From contig JBBTYQ010000001.1 in the NCBI GenBank assembly GCA_038078555.1, forward strand, positions 60,966-124,965: a DNA stretch of 64,000 nucleotides. The letters are read 5' to 3'. Positions 53,544-63,997 of the stretch are shown here, one piece after another. The DNA is from Patescibacteria group bacterium. GTDB taxonomy: Bacteria > Patescibacteriota > Minisyncoccia > UBA6257 > UBA9933. How positions within the stretch are numbered: the first letter of the stretch is position 1; every line of letters begins with the position of its first letter. The translations under genes were made by a program, and so were the position numbers. A model generated the notes under the pieces. It saw nothing but the letters and a program-made list of their open reading frames with translations, did no database searches and was not told the DNA's origin.

Positions 53544-56500
53544 ATGTCTAAATTAACGACTAAAGTTTTTTCGTCTCGCCCGGGAACATTCATTAATCAG
53601 CCCGCTTTGTCCGAGGTTCAGTCTGTTTCCTGGAATTGGTTTGTAAAAAAAGGATTGCGCGAACTTTTCGATGAAATTTCTCCGATTAAAGATGCTACTG
53701 GAAAAGAAATCGAAATCTATTTTTTAGATTATTATTTTGACGAACCTAAATACGACGAAGAAACAACTTGGCTTAAGGATTTAACTTACGAGGCGCCTTT
53801 GCGGGCAAAAGTCCGATTGGTTAATCATAGGACAAAAGAAACCAAAGACCAGGAAATTTATCTTGGTGATTTTCCTATAATGACCTCTCGGAGCACATTT
53901 ATTATTAACGGCGTAGAGCGCGTGGTTGTTTCCCAGATTATTCGTTCTTCCGGAGTTTATTTTATAGCCGACCTTTATCGCGGCAGAAAACTTTTTGGCG
54001 CCAAAATAATTCCAGATCGAGGCGCTTGGCTGGAGTTTTCCACTGACCCTGACGGTTTTTTGGGCGTTAAAATTGACCGGCATCGCAAAGCTCCGGTAAC
54101 GGATTTATTAAGAGTTTTCGCGAGTATCTCGGGCCGTAAAGATTTGGAAACGAATGAAGGAATTCTTAAATTTTTTTCCGATGTCGATACCGGATCTATT
54201 AAGTTTATAGAAGCAACGCTTAAAAAAAGCGAGACCAAGACCTCTCTTGAGTCTTATACGGAAATTTATAAGAGATTAAGGCCGGGAGATTTAGCTACTC
54301 CGGAAAATGCCAAAAGTTTGATTGATGCCATGTTTGAAAGAACTGACCGTTATAGTCTTTCCGCAGTCGGCCGGTTCAAGCTTAATCAAAGATTGGAAAT
54401 CGACCGGAAGAAAAGCAGTACTCTTATAGATATTGAAGATATCATCGCAATAATAAAAGAAATAATTAGGCTTAACGATAATCCGTCGGCTGAAATAGAC
54501 GATATTGACCATTTAGGCAATCGTCGAATCAGGGCGGTTGGCGAGCTTCTCCAAAGCCGTTTAAGAATCGGTTTTGCCCGGTTGCGTCGTATTGCTCAAG
54601 ACCGGATGTCGACGCTTGAAACCAATCTTTTAACTCCGATTCAAATTGTTAATGCTCGTCCGCTTACCGCTATTGTAAAGGAATTTTTTACTTCGTCTCA
54701 GCTTTCTCAATTCATGGACCAGGTTAATCCTTTAGCGGAATTGGAGCACAAAAGACTTTTTTCTTCGCTTGGTCCCGGAGGCTTAACCAGAGAAAGAGCG
54801 GGTTTTGAAGTAAGAGATGTCCATATATCTCACTATGGCCGCATTTGTCCGATTCAAACTCCTGAAGGCCAGAACATCGGCTTAATTAATCGTTTGGCTA
54901 ATTACGCCCGAGTTAATGAATTGGGATTTTTAGAAACTCCTTATGCCAAAGTAAAAAAAGGAAAAGTTATTAATGAAATAATTTGGCTTAATGCCTTAGA
55001 TGAAGAAAAATATAAAATCGCTCAAGGCAGCACGAGATTGGACAACGATGGAAAAATTATCGATGAAATTGTCGGCATTAGAATTAACGGCGAGCCGGCA
55101 ACTTGTTCTAAAGATGAAATTGATCTTATTGATGTTGCGCCTAATCAGATGACCAGCGTGGCTACGGCTTTGATTCCTTTTCTTGAGCACGATGACGCTA
55201 ACAGAGCTTTGATGGGATCAAACATGCAGCGCCAAGCCGTGCCCTCAATTATAGCCTCAGCGCCTTTTGTTTCTACTGGTATGGAAGAAAAAGCCGCTCA
55301 TGATTCCGGCCGACTTATTATTTCTGATATGAACGGAGAAGTTGTGTCTGTTGACGCTAATCATATTGTTATTCAGGAAGATAAAAATAAAAATAGAAAA
55401 ACTTATAATCTCCACAAATTTAAGCGGTCAAACTATTACACTGCTATTTCCCAAAAACCGCTTGTTGAAATCGGGCAGAAAGTGAAAAAAGGCGATGTTT
55501 TGGCTGACGCTTCTTCGACTGACAATGGAGTCCTGGCTTTAGGTCAGAATCTTCTTGTGGCTTTCTCATCGTGGGAAGGCGCTAATTTTGAAGATGCTAT
55601 TATTCTTTCGGAAAAAGTTGTTAAAGATGATTTATTCACCTCCATTCATATAGAAGATTTTTATTGCGATATCAGAGATACTAAGCTTGGTCCGGAAATG
55701 ACTACTCCTGATATTCCGAATGTTTCCGAAGAAAAATTAAAAAATCTTGATGAAGAAGGAATTATAAGAATCGGAGCCGAAGTAAGAGCTGGCGATATTT
55801 TGGTTGGAAAAATTTCTCCTAAGGGAGAAACAGAATTTTCCGCTGAAGAAAAATTGCTTAAAGCTATTTTCGGGGAAAAAGCCAGAGAAATCAAAGACAC
55901 TTCTTTGGTTTTACCTCACGGAAAATCCGGCCGAGTCACCAGTATTAAAATTTTTTCCCGCGATCGAGGCGATAAGCTTGACCCTGGAGTTATTAAAAGA
56001 ATTCAGGTTGAAGTGGCTCAATTAAGACGCGTAAGAGCCGGCGATAAATTGGCTGGCCGCCACGGCAACAAAGGTGTAATTTCTCAAATTCGTCCGGTTG
56101 AGGATATGCCTTATCTTGAAGACGGTACGCCGGTTGATATTATTTTAAATCCTTTAGGCGTTGCTTCGCGTATGAATTTAGGCCAGATTTTGGAAACCCA
56201 TTTAGGTCTGGCTGCTAATAAATTGGGCTATCGGGCGGTTTCCCCTATTTTTGTCGGCGCTACTGAAGAAGATATTAAAGGAGAGCTTAAAAAAGCCGGT
56301 TTGCCGGAGAGCGGAAAAATTCAGCTTTTCGACGGACGAACCGGTAAGGTTTTTTCCCGGCCAATTACTGTTGGCTATATATATATGTTAAAGCTTAACC
56401 ATTTAGTTGAAGACAAAATTCACATGAGGTCTATCGGCCCTTATTCCCTGATTACTCAGCAGCCTTTAGGCGGCAAGGCTCAATTCGGCGGACAAAGATT

Positions 56501-56774
56501 TGGAGAAATGGAAGTATGGGCTTTGGAGGGTTACGGCTCCGCCTACACTTTACAGGAAATGTTGACCATTAAATCTGACGATGTCTTGGGAAGAGCGGCC
56601 GCTTTTGAAGCAATTATCAAAGACGAGCCGATTAAAAGTCCGCACATTCCTTCTGCGTTTAATGTTTTGGTCAATGAAATTAAAGCTTTGGGTCTTGATG
56701 TTGAAATTATGACTAACTTGGAAGAAGTAAGAGAACCAAATAAAAATTCAAATAAAAAAGAAAATAACGATTAA
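53544..56774 (+). CDS. rpoB: DNA-directed RNA polymerase beta subunit
   Basis: 1076 aa. Hallmark motifs GRHGNKGVIS and NMQRQAVP, plus rifampicin-cluster regions. Confidence 0.95.
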   Translation: MSKLTTKVFSSRPGTFINQPALSEVQSVSWNWFVKKGLRELFDEISPIKDATGKEIEIYFLDYYFDEPKYDEETTWLKDLTYEAPLRAKVRLVNHRTKETKDQEIYLGDFPIMTSRSTFIINGVERVVVSQIIRSSGVYFIADLYRGRKLFGAKIIPDRGAWLEFSTDPDGFLGVKIDRHRKAPVTDLLRVFASISGRKDLETNEGILKFFSDVDTGSIKFIEATLKKSETKTSLESYTEIYKRLRPGDLATPENAKSLIDAMFERTDRYSLSAVGRFKLNQRLEIDRKKSSTLIDIEDIIAIIKEIIRLNDNPSAEIDDIDHLGNRRIRAVGELLQSRLRIGFARLRRIAQDRMSTLETNLLTPIQIVNARPLTAIVKEFFTSSQLSQFMDQVNPLAELEHKRLFSSLGPGGLTRERAGFEVRDVHISHYGRICPIQTPEGQNIGLINRLANYARVNELGFLETPYAKVKKGKVINEIIWLNALDEEKYKIAQGSTRLDNDGKIIDEIVGIRINGEPATCSKDEIDLIDVAPNQMTSVATALIPFLEHDDANRALMGSNMQRQAVPSIIASAPFVSTGMEEKAAHDSGRLIISDMNGEVVSVDANHIVIQEDKNKNRKTYNLHKFKRSNYYTAISQKPLVEIGQKVKKGDVLADASSTDNGVLALGQNLLVAFSSWEGANFEDAIILSEKVVKDDLFTSIHIEDFYCDIRDTKLGPEMTTPDIPNVSEEKLKNLDEEGIIRIGAEVRAGDILVGKISPKGETEFSAEEKLLKAIFGEKAREIKDTSLVLPHGKSGRVTSIKIFSRDRGDKLDPGVIKRIQVEVAQLRRVRAGDKLAGRHGNKGVISQIRPVEDMPYLEDGTPVDIILNPLGVASRMNLGQILETHLGLAANKLGYRAVSPIFVGATEEDIKGELKKAGLPESGKIQLFDGRTGKVFSRPITVGYIYMLKLNHLVEDKIHMRSIGPYSLITQQPLGGKAQFGGQRFGEMEVWALEGYGSAYTLQEMLTIKSDDVLGRAAAFEAIIKDEPIKSPHIPSAFNVLVNEIKALGLDVEIMTNLEEVREPNKNSNKKENND

Positions 56775-56775
56775 T

Positions 56776-59700
56776 ATGGACATCAAATCTTTAAAATTAA
56801 AAGTTGCTTCGCCGGAAAAAATTTTGTCTTGGTCTTTTGGAGAAGTAATAAAGCCAGAAACTATAAATTATAGGACTCAGCGTCCGGAGCGCGACGGGCT
56901 TTTTTCTGAGCGAATTTTCGGTCCAACTAAAGATTACGAATGTTATTGCGGAAAATACCGCAGGATTCGCTATAAGGGCGTTGTTTGCGACAAATGCAAT
57001 GTTGAAGTTACCCGCTCTGCAGTGCGCCGGGAGAGGATGGGCCATATTAAATTAGCTTCGCCGGTTTCCCATATTTGGTTTTTAAGGAACATTCCTTCAA
57101 AGATCGCCTTATTTGTTGACGCTCCGATTCAAAAGCTGGTTAAAGTTATTTATTATGCCGCTTATATCGTCATATCGGTAAATGATGAGAATAAAAAGAA
57201 ATTTTTGGAAGAAATAGACCGGGAATTTCAAACAAGAAAAAAAACTATTTCCAAAGATAGCCAAAAAGATTTTGAAGCCGCTACAGCTCAAGCCAAGGAA
57301 GATTTAAAGTCTTTGGTCCCGGGAAAAATATTAACCGAGCTTGAATATCATAATCTGGCTAAGCGTTTTGCCGGAGCTTTTGAAGCTGGTAGCGGAGCGG
57401 AAGCCATAAGGAAAATTTTAGAAAATATTAATTTAGAAAAAGAAGCGGCTAGAATAGAAAATGAATTAAAAGGGACAAAGGAAGGAATCAGAGAAAAAAA
57501 GCTTCTTTATAAATTAAAAATAATCCGTTCTTTTATTAAAAATCAAATGCGTCCGGAATGGATGATTTTTACGGTTATTCCGGTTATTCCTCCGGATCTT
57601 CGGCCGATGGTGGCGCTTGATGGCGGCCGTTTTGCCACTTCTGATCTTAATGACCTTTATAGAAGAGTGATAAATCGTAATAACCGTTTAAGGAAGCTCA
57701 TGGAAATTAAAGCTCCGGAAGTGATTATTACTAACGAAAAAAGAATGTTACAGGAAGCAGTTGACGCTTTGATTGATAATTCCGCCCGATTCGGCACTCA
57801 GCAGCAGCTTTCCAGCCAAAGAAGGCCGCTTAAATCTTTAGCTGATATTTTGAAAGGCAAACAGGGCCGGTTCCGGCAGAATTTACTTGGCAAGCGCGTT
57901 GATTATTCCGGCCGTTCGGTTATCGTGGTCGGTCCTGAGCTTAAACTTAATGAATGCGGTTTACCTAAAAAAATGGCGCTTGAACTTTTCCGGCCTTTTG
58001 TGATTAGTAAAATAATTCAAAGAGGCTTGGCTTACAATATTAGGAATGCCAATCGCTTGATTGAACAAGCTACGCCTGAAATTTGGGGCATTTTAGAAGA
58101 AGTGATTGAAAAAAAGAAGGTTTTGCTTAACCGAGCGCCGACTTTACACCGTTTAGGCATCCAGGCTTTTAAGCCTATTCTTATTGAAGATTTGGCGATT
58201 AGAATTCCGCCTATGGTTTGCGCCGCTTTTAACGCTGATTTCGACGGCGACCAAATGGCCGTACATTTGCCTTTGTCAGATGAAGCTCAACATGAGGCAA
58301 CTGAGCGAATGCTTGCGTCTAATAATATTTTAAAGCCGTCTACCGGCGATCCTATTGCCCAGCCAACGCAGGACATTGTTTTGGGCTGCTATTATCTTAC
58401 AAAAATAAAGGAGTCGTCAGAACCAATTAAAAAATATTTTGCTAATGCCGAAGAAGCTATTTTGGCTTATAATTTCGGTTCGACAAAAATCAACGAGCCG
58501 GTCAAGGTCAGCCTTAACGGAGAACTTGTTGAAACCAGTATCGGCCGGATAATTTTCAACCAAGCTCTTCCTGAAAGTTTTGAATTTACCAATAAAACAA
58601 TGAGCAAAAAAGAGTTAGGCAAGCTCCTATCAATTTTTATTGATAAATACGGCATAGAAGAAATTTGGAAAATTTTGGATCAAATTAAAAGATTGGGATT
58701 TGAATATGCCACGGTTTCCGGCGTAAGCTGGGGCATGGATGATTTAACGATTCCGGTAGAGAAGAAAGAAATTTTTATTGAAGCGGAAAAAGAGGAAAAT
58801 TTAGTTCGCGAACAATACGAGCAGGGACTTTTAACAAATCTTGAACGCAAAGCCAGAATTATCAATGTTTGGGATAAAGCCAAGGATCAGATTGCTAAAG
58901 TTATTCCTAAGGCGCTTGATCCTTTTGGATCGGTCTACACTATTATTGATTCCGGAGCGCGCGGTTCTTGGTCTCAGCCCTTGCAAATGATGGGTATGAA
59001 AGGTTTGGTGCAAAATCCTAAAGGCGAAACGATTGAATTGCCGATTAAATCTTCTTATAAAGAAGGTCTTGATGTGCTTGAGTTTTTTATTAATACTCAC
59101 GGCGCTAGAAAAGGCTTAACTGACACAGCTTTAAAAACTGCTTCTGCCGGATATTTGACGCGGCGCTTGGTTGATGTAGTTCAAGATATCACTATTAAAG
59201 AAAAAGATTGTCGCACTGCTGAAGGTTTGCATATTATTAGGGCCGAGGGCGATGAATACGGCCATCCTTTCAGCCAAAGGATTTTAGGTCGTACTGTGTT
59301 AGAAGACGTTAAATTAAGCAATAAAATTTTGATCAGAGAAGGAGAAATAATCAGCCGAGAAGTTTCGGAAATTATCAATAATTCCAAGGTTGAATCGGTT
59401 AAAGTTAGATCCCCTATTTCGTGCAAAACTCTTGGCGGGATTTGTTCCAAATGTTACGGATATGATTTATCAAAAATTAAGCCGATTGAAATCGGGGAAG
59501 CGATTGGCGTAGTAGCCGCTCAATCAATTGGCGAGCCGGGCACTCAATTAACGCTAAGGACGTTTCATACCGGCGGCGTGGCTGGAGCTGATATCACTCA
59601 CGGATTGCCGAGAGTTCAGGAGCTTTTTGAGGTTAGAATTCCAAAAGGCAAGGCTCATTTAGCCGAAGAAGACGGCACAGTGGAAGATATTGAGGACAGA

Positions 59701-60348
59701 AAACAGCTTAAAATAATAAAATTGAAAATTTCCAAAGCTTTGGCTTCAGGCAAAGGTAAAAAAACTAAAATTATTGAGTATCCAGTTTCTCGATCAACCG
59801 TTATATTTGTTAAATCAGGCGATAAAGTGTCTAAAGGCGAGCAATTGTGCGAAGGCAGTCTTGATTTGCAGGAGCTTTTCAAATTCCGGGATCGTGAAGC
59901 AGTAGAGCGTTATATTATAAATGAAGTTCAGAAAATTTATGCTTCTGAAGGCAGCGCAATCAGCGATAAACACATTGAGATTATCGTCAGAGCAATGTTT
60001 TCCAGAGTGATGATTAAAGATGCCGGAGGTACGGATTTTGTTGTGGGAGAAGTTATTGAAAAGTCTAAATTTTTAGCTGCTAATCGCGAAACAAAAGAAA
60101 AAGGCAAGTCTCCGGCTAAGGCAAAGCAAATGCTTATGGGTATTACCAAGGTATCATTATCAACCGAGAGCTTCCTTTCATCCGCTTCTTTCCAGGAGAC
60201 TGCTAGAGTCTTGGTAATGGCAGCCAGCGAAGGCAGAGAGGACAAGCTTAAGGGTCTTAAAGAAAACGTAATTATTGGAAAGCTTATCCCCGCTGGCACT
60301 GGTCTCAGGCAAAGGCAGGTTGAAAATAAAGCCAGCGAAGAAAAATAG
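56776..60348 (+). CDS. rpoC: DNA-directed RNA polymerase beta' subunit
   Basis: 1190 aa. Zn-finger [19 protein letters not shown], catalytic NADFDGD, G-loop and trigger-loop regions. Confidence 0.95.
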   Translation: MDIKSLKLKVASPEKILSWSFGEVIKPETINYRTQRPERDGLFSERIFGPTKDYECYCGKYRRIRYKGVVCDKCNVEVTRSAVRRERMGHIKLASPVSHIWFLRNIPSKIALFVDAPIQKLVKVIYYAAYIVISVNDENKKKFLEEIDREFQTRKKTISKDSQKDFEAATAQAKEDLKSLVPGKILTELEYHNLAKRFAGAFEAGSGAEAIRKILENINLEKEAARIENELKGTKEGIREKKLLYKLKIIRSFIKNQMRPEWMIFTVIPVIPPDLRPMVALDGGRFATSDLNDLYRRVINRNNRLRKLMEIKAPEVIITNEKRMLQEAVDALIDNSARFGTQQQLSSQRRPLKSLADILKGKQGRFRQNLLGKRVDYSGRSVIVVGPELKLNECGLPKKMALELFRPFVISKIIQRGLAYNIRNANRLIEQATPEIWGILEEVIEKKKVLLNRAPTLHRLGIQAFKPILIEDLAIRIPPMVCAAFNADFDGDQMAVHLPLSDEAQHEATERMLASNNILKPSTGDPIAQPTQDIVLGCYYLTKIKESSEPIKKYFANAEEAILAYNFGSTKINEPVKVSLNGELVETSIGRIIFNQALPESFEFTNKTMSKKELGKLLSIFIDKYGIEEIWKILDQIKRLGFEYATVSGVSWGMDDLTIPVEKKEIFIEAEKEENLVREQYEQGLLTNLERKARIINVWDKAKDQIAKVIPKALDPFGSVYTIIDSGARGSWSQPLQMMGMKGLVQNPKGETIELPIKSSYKEGLDVLEFFINTHGARKGLTDTALKTASAGYLTRRLVDVVQDITIKEKDCRTAEGLHIIRAEGDEYGHPFSQRILGRTVLEDVKLSNKILIREGEIISREVSEIINNSKVESVKVRSPISCKTLGGICSKCYGYDLSKIKPIEIGEAIGVVAAQSIGEPGTQLTLRTFHTGGVAGADITHGLPRVQELFEVRIPKGKAHLAEEDGTVEDIEDRKQLKIIKLKISKALASGKGKKTKIIEYPVSRSTVIFVKSGDKVSKGEQLCEGSLDLQELFKFRDREAVERYIINEVQKIYASEGSAISDKHIEIIVRAMFSRVMIKDAGGTDFVVGEVIEKSKFLAANRETKEKGKSPAKAKQMLMGITKVSLSTESFLSSASFQETARVLVMAASEGREDKLKGLKENVIIGKLIPAGTGLRQRQVENKASEEK

Positions 60349-60353
60349 TAAAA

Positions 60354-60386
60354 ATACGGTTCCGCGTTGCGGAGCCGTATTTTTAT
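60354..60386 (+). terminator. Terminator after rpoC
   Basis: aaaatacggttccgcgttgcggagccgtattttt. Confidence 0.6.
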
Positions 60387-60440
60387 TAGTCTATATTGAG
60401 ATAAGTTGACAAATATTTTAAATGGCTTTATTATGCTTCC

Positions 60441-60875
60441 ATGACAGAAGATAAGAAAAATTATGAAATCAGTTTTCTTACCGTTGCTGACGAAGATATA
60501 AATGAAGTTGCTAAGATTATTTCTAAGCACGGAGCCTCAATTATTGACGAGGTGAAAACTTCCAAAATAAAATTGGCTTATCCTATAAAACGCGAGAATT
60601 TCGCCAATTTCAGCTATCTTTGTTTTTCCGCTGCCACTGATGTTATTAAAAAAATAAACAATGATTTAAAGTTGAATTCTAAGGTTTTGCGATTTTTAAT
60701 TATCACTCCTCCGGTCGTCAAATCGGTTATTTCTCAAAAAGAAAGAAGAAGAATCACTGAGCCAATGATTACCGGCAAAGAAGAAAAAAGCGAGCATCGA
60801 AAGAGCGAATCAAAACCAGCGCCAGCATTAAGCAATGAAGAATTGGAAAAGAAATTAGAGGAGATATTAAAGTAA
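60441..60875 (+). CDS. rpsF: 30S ribosomal protein S6 with a charged C-terminal extension
   Basis: 144 aa. Position in the rpsF-ssb-rpsR operon. The N-terminal roughly 95 aa fit the S6 fold length. Confidence 0.7.
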   Translation: MTEDKKNYEISFLTVADEDINEVAKIISKHGASIIDEVKTSKIKLAYPIKRENFANFSYLCFSAATDVIKKINNDLKLNSKVLRFLIITPPVVKSVISQKERRRITEPMITGKEEKSEHRKSESKPAPALSNEELEKKLEEILK

Positions 60876-60889
60876 TCGCTAATAACGCG

Positions 60890-60922
60890 AATTTGCATTA
60901 TTTGCTATAAATTTGCATTATT
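60890..60922 (+). promoter_or_regulatory. Direct repeat AATTTGCATTATT (two copies, 20-bp period) in the rpsF-ssb spacer
   Basis: gcgaatttgcattatttgctataaatttgcattattcgtgaacg. Confidence 0.3.
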
Positions 60923-60934
60923 CGTGAACGCTTC

Positions 60935-61402
60935 ATGAATTTAAATAAAGTTTTTATAATAGGAAATTTAACAAGAAATCCTGAGCTTAGAATGTTGCCT
61001 TCGGGTGCGCCGGTGGCTTCTTTCGGAGTGGCTACTAATCGGGTTTGGAAAAATCAGCAAGGAGAGAAACAAGAAGAAGTGGAATTTCACAATGTAGTTG
61101 TTTTTGGAAGACAAGCGGAGATTGCTAATCAATACTTGGCCAAAGGACGCTCGGTTTTTGTGGAAGGCAGGCTTCAGACAAGAAGCTGGGATGCGCCTGA
61201 CGGCGCCAAGCGCAATCGAACGGAAATTATTGCGGAGCGCATTCAATTCGGTCCGAGAGCTTCCGGAGGATTTTCCAAGTCAGAGTATGAGCCAAAAAAT
61301 GATTCAGCTGGCACAGAAAGCGTGGACGCGGCTTCTAAAAACGAGCTTCCGGAAATTGATATTAATGAAGGAGAAATTAAGCCAGAAGATTTACCGTTTT
61401 AA
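60935..61402 (+). CDS. ssb: Single-stranded DNA-binding protein
   Basis: 155 aa. OB-fold N-terminus MNLNKVFIIGNLTRNPELR...FHNVVVFGRQAE. Acidic tail ending DLPF. Confidence 0.85.
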   Translation: MNLNKVFIIGNLTRNPELRMLPSGAPVASFGVATNRVWKNQQGEKQEEVEFHNVVVFGRQAEIANQYLAKGRSVFVEGRLQTRSWDAPDGAKRNRTEIIAERIQFGPRASGGFSKSEYEPKNDSAGTESVDAASKNELPEIDINEGEIKPEDLPF

Positions 61403-61438
61403 TTAACCATTATCACTAATCACTAACCACTAATTACT

Positions 61439-61636
61439 ATGCAATGTTTCTTTTGTTCGCAAAATTTAAAAGAGATTGATTATAAGGAATCTGACATGCT
61501 CAGGCGTTTTATTTCCTCACAAGGCAAAATTATTGACCCTAAATATACCGGCGCATGTTCCAAGCATCAGCGGATGATTGGCCGCGCTGTTAAAAGAGCA
61601 AGATTTTTAGGATTGCTTTCTCCGATTAGAAAGTAA
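61439..61636 (+). CDS. rpsR: 30S ribosomal protein S18
   Basis: 65 aa. CFFC...IDYK..D.LRRFIS..GKI....[21 protein letters not shown]. Confidence 0.85.
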   Translation: MQCFFCSQNLKEIDYKESDMLRRFISSQGKIIDPKYTGACSKHQRMIGRAVKRARFLGLLSPIRK

Positions 61637-61688
61637 ATTTAATTAAAATAATTTCAATTACAAAACTTATTTTAGCTTTGTAATTTTC

Positions 61689-62279
61689 TTGGCAATTTTC
61701 TTGATGGATACTTTAATTTTTCAAGCTATTTACGGGTTGAGCCATCGTTTTTGGTTTTTAGACTATTTGGGCATTTTCCTTGCCCAGTATCTGCCTTATT
61801 TTTTGATTTTAATTACTTTATTTTTAATTTTAAATCTAAAAAAATGGCAAGAAAAAATTTATTTTATCTCCTTAATTGCATTTTCAGTGATTATTTCAAG
61901 AGGCCTAATTACCGAAATTATCAGATTTGTTTATGATAAACCAAGGCCTTTTGCCGTTTTAGATATCGAAACCTTAGTTAGTCATATTAGTTCGCCGGCT
62001 TTTCCTTCGGGGCACGCCGCCGCTTATTTTGCCCTAGCATCTGCCATTTTTTTTCTAAATAAAAAATGGGGCATCAGATTTTTAATTGCAGCAGCTTTAA
62101 TGGCTTTAGGCAGGATTTTTGTAGGCGTTCATTGGCCGGCTGATGTTTTTGTTGGCGCGCTTATCGGAATTTTAAGCGCTGTTGCATCTTATAAATTATT
62201 AGTAAAATATGACGATCATCACCAAGTGAATTCTTTAGTTGATGATAATATCGGAATTTCTCCTGAAAAAAATGCCTAA
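61689..62279 (+). CDS. PAP2-family membrane phosphatase (undecaprenyl-diphosphatase / PgpB-like)
   Basis: 196 aa. PAP2 motifs KPRPF, PSGH and SRIFVGVHWPADV. Confidence 0.75.
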   Translation: MAIFLMDTLIFQAIYGLSHRFWFLDYLGIFLAQYLPYFLILITLFLILNLKKWQEKIYFISLIAFSVIISRGLITEIIRFVYDKPRPFAVLDIETLVSHISSPAFPSGHAAAYFALASAIFFLNKKWGIRFLIAAALMALGRIFVGVHWPADVFVGALIGILSAVASYKLLVKYDDHHQVNSLVDDNIGISPEKNA

Positions 62280-63135
62280 TATCAAACGCTCGGCTCCGGT
62301 TTTAATTATTTTAGCGGTTTTAAATTTATTTATTTGGCAGCAGATTGTTTTTAAAGCTCCAGCTGGCGCGCTGGAGCTTTATTTTTTTGATGTCGGTCAA
62401 GGCGACAGCGGGCTTATTATTTTGCCCGGTAATGTCAAAATTTTAGTTGACGGCGGTCCGAGTAATAAAGTAATTGGTCAATTAGAGGAAGTCATGTCGC
62501 CTTCTGACCGGTATATTGATTTAGTTATGCTTTCTCATCCTCAGCTTGACCATTTTTCCGGATTGATTGATGTTTTGAAGAGATATGAGATTGGAGCCTT
62601 TATTTTTAACGGTCAGGCTGGAAGCACATTGGCTTTTAATGATTTGGAAAAAATTATTGAAGAAAATAAAATTAAAACTTTGGTTTTGTCCGGCGGAGAC
62701 AAAATCAGCCATCAAGACAGCGAGATAGAGTTTTTATTCCCCAACAAAGAATTTTTATCAGGCAAGGACTTGAATGATACTTCGCTGACTTTTATTTTAA
62801 GAAGCCAAGAAGCAAAAGCTTTTTTTGGCGGAGATATCGGATTCAAGGCGGAAAAATATTTAATGAAAAATTTTGATATTAATGTCGATATTTTAAAAGT
62901 ATCCCATCACGGCTCTAAATATTCTTCGTCTGAAGAATTTTTAGAGCATGCCAGTCCGCTCGTTTCGGTTATTGATGTTGGCAAAAACAGCTACGGACAC
63001 CCAACCAACGAAACATTGAGCCGATTAGCCAAAATTGGTTCCTTGATTTTTCGCACTGATAAAGACAACCTGGTTAAATTGACGGTAAAAGACGGCGCTC
63101 TTAACATTTTTAAAAATAAGATTTATAATCAATAA
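62272..63135 (+). CDS. Membrane-anchored ComEC/Rec2-type metallo-beta-lactamase domain protein (the MBL domain only, no competence channel domain). The start is ambiguous: track TTG at 62239, ATG at 62242 or ATG at 62272
   Basis: DVGQGDSGLIILPGNVKILVDGG, HPQLDHFSGL and ILKVSHHGSKYSS are ComEC C-terminal MBL motifs. N-terminal TM anchor. Confidence 0.6.
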   Translation: MPNIKRSAPVLIILAVLNLFIWQQIVFKAPAGALELYFFDVGQGDSGLIILPGNVKILVDGGPSNKVIGQLEEVMSPSDRYIDLVMLSHPQLDHFSGLIDVLKRYEIGAFIFNGQAGSTLAFNDLEKIIEENKIKTLVLSGGDKISHQDSEIEFLFPNKEFLSGKDLNDTSLTFILRSQEAKAFFGGDIGFKAEKYLMKNFDINVDILKVSHHGSKYSSSEEFLEHASPLVSVIDVGKNSYGHPTNETLSRLAKIGSLIFRTDKDNLVKLTVKDGALNIFKNKIYNQ

Positions 63136-63185
63136 TTAAAAATAAGCCGTTTTTTAAGAGAATAATAAAATTTATTTTAACTAAA

Positions 63186-63746
63186 ATGCCTGATTTCAAA
63201 GAAGAAAAAACTTTAGTGGTAATAAAGCCCGATGGAGTTAAAAGAGGCTTAGTGGGCGAAATTATCAGCCGGCTGGAAAAAGTCGGTTTGAAAATTATCG
63301 CTATGAAAGCCGTAAGAATCGAAGAGGGAGTGGCTTTAAAACATTACGGCTATAATGAAGAGTGGTTTGAGAAAGTCGGCGCCAAGGTAAAAGATTTTTA
63401 CGTTCGCGTTGGTTTTGATCCAGGCGAAGATTTTAACAAGCTTTCCCATAAAGAAATTGGAAAATTAATTCAAAAATGGAACGTTGATTTTTTAACTGAA
63501 GGAATTGTTGTAGCTGTTATTTTAAAAGGCTTTAATGCGGTTGAAGTGGTAAGAAAAATTGTGGGTTCGACTTATCCCAATGAAGCATCGCCCGGTACTA
63601 TCCGGGGTGATTATTCGGCTGAATCGCCTTTAGTTGCCAATTTAGCCCAAAAAGCCGTGAGGAATTTAATTCACGCTTCTGGTTCAAGTGATGAGGCGAA
63701 AACCGAAATTGAACTTTGGTTTAAAGAATCGGAAATTTACGAATAG
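63186..63746 (+). CDS. ndk: Nucleoside diphosphate kinase, long form with an insertion
   Basis: 186 aa. TLVVIKPDGVKRGLVGEIISRLE. Active-site region NLIHASGSSDEAKTEIELWF. Confidence 0.85.
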   Translation: MPDFKEEKTLVVIKPDGVKRGLVGEIISRLEKVGLKIIAMKAVRIEEGVALKHYGYNEEWFEKVGAKVKDFYVRVGFDPGEDFNKLSHKEIGKLIQKWNVDFLTEGIVVAVILKGFNAVEVVRKIVGSTYPNEASPGTIRGDYSAESPLVANLAQKAVRNLIHASGSSDEAKTEIELWFKESEIYE

Positions 63747-63823
63747 TTTATTCGTGATTCTTCGCATTGTTGCTGTATTTTTTAGGCCTTGATTTTTTCA
63801 TTTTTTTCGTTTTATAATAACAA

Positions 63824-63997
63824 TGAGTCCTGACCGCGATTTCTCGGATCAAGGATTTATAAAGGGAAGGGCAAAGTATTTCATTCTTCGGATTGAAATT
63901 GAGCCTATCCACCTGGTGAAAGCCGGGATAAATCCAACAGTCAGGGCTCTTGCAAGAGCCCCGCAAAGCGGGGTTTTCACATTTTTATATTGACTTT
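63824..63997 (+). CDS. Possible unannotated 57-codon ORF followed by a double-hairpin terminator; speculative
   Basis: Translates to MSPDRDFSDQGFIKGRAKYFILRIEIEPIHLVKAGINPTVRALARAPQSGVFTFLY. It is followed by gggctcttgcaagagccc, then ccccgcaaagcgggg and a T-run. No SD was seen. Confidence 0.2.

Noticed and set aside
53781-60530. Numerous 60-200-aa opposite-strand or alternative-frame ORFs inside rpoB, rpoC, gyrA, polA, the large secreted-protein gene and others, for example 53781-54083, 59937-60530, 2652-2924, 3683-4252 and 5131-6589.
   Set aside because: They are nested inside long, strongly supported genes and have low-complexity translations. They are frame-shadow ORFs.
63748-63966. Minus-strand 72-aa ORF from the track.
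   Set aside because: No coding signal was seen. It overlaps the double-hairpin terminator region and lies opposite a slightly more plausible plus-strand small ORF.
63850-63995. Possible 5' part of an RNase P RNA, suggested by the gaaagccggg similarity to the P4 GGAAAGUCCGGGC.
   Set aside because: There is one mismatch in the most conserved positions. The element ends in a terminator about 150 nt later, far too short for RNase P RNA. No P1-P3 context is present.
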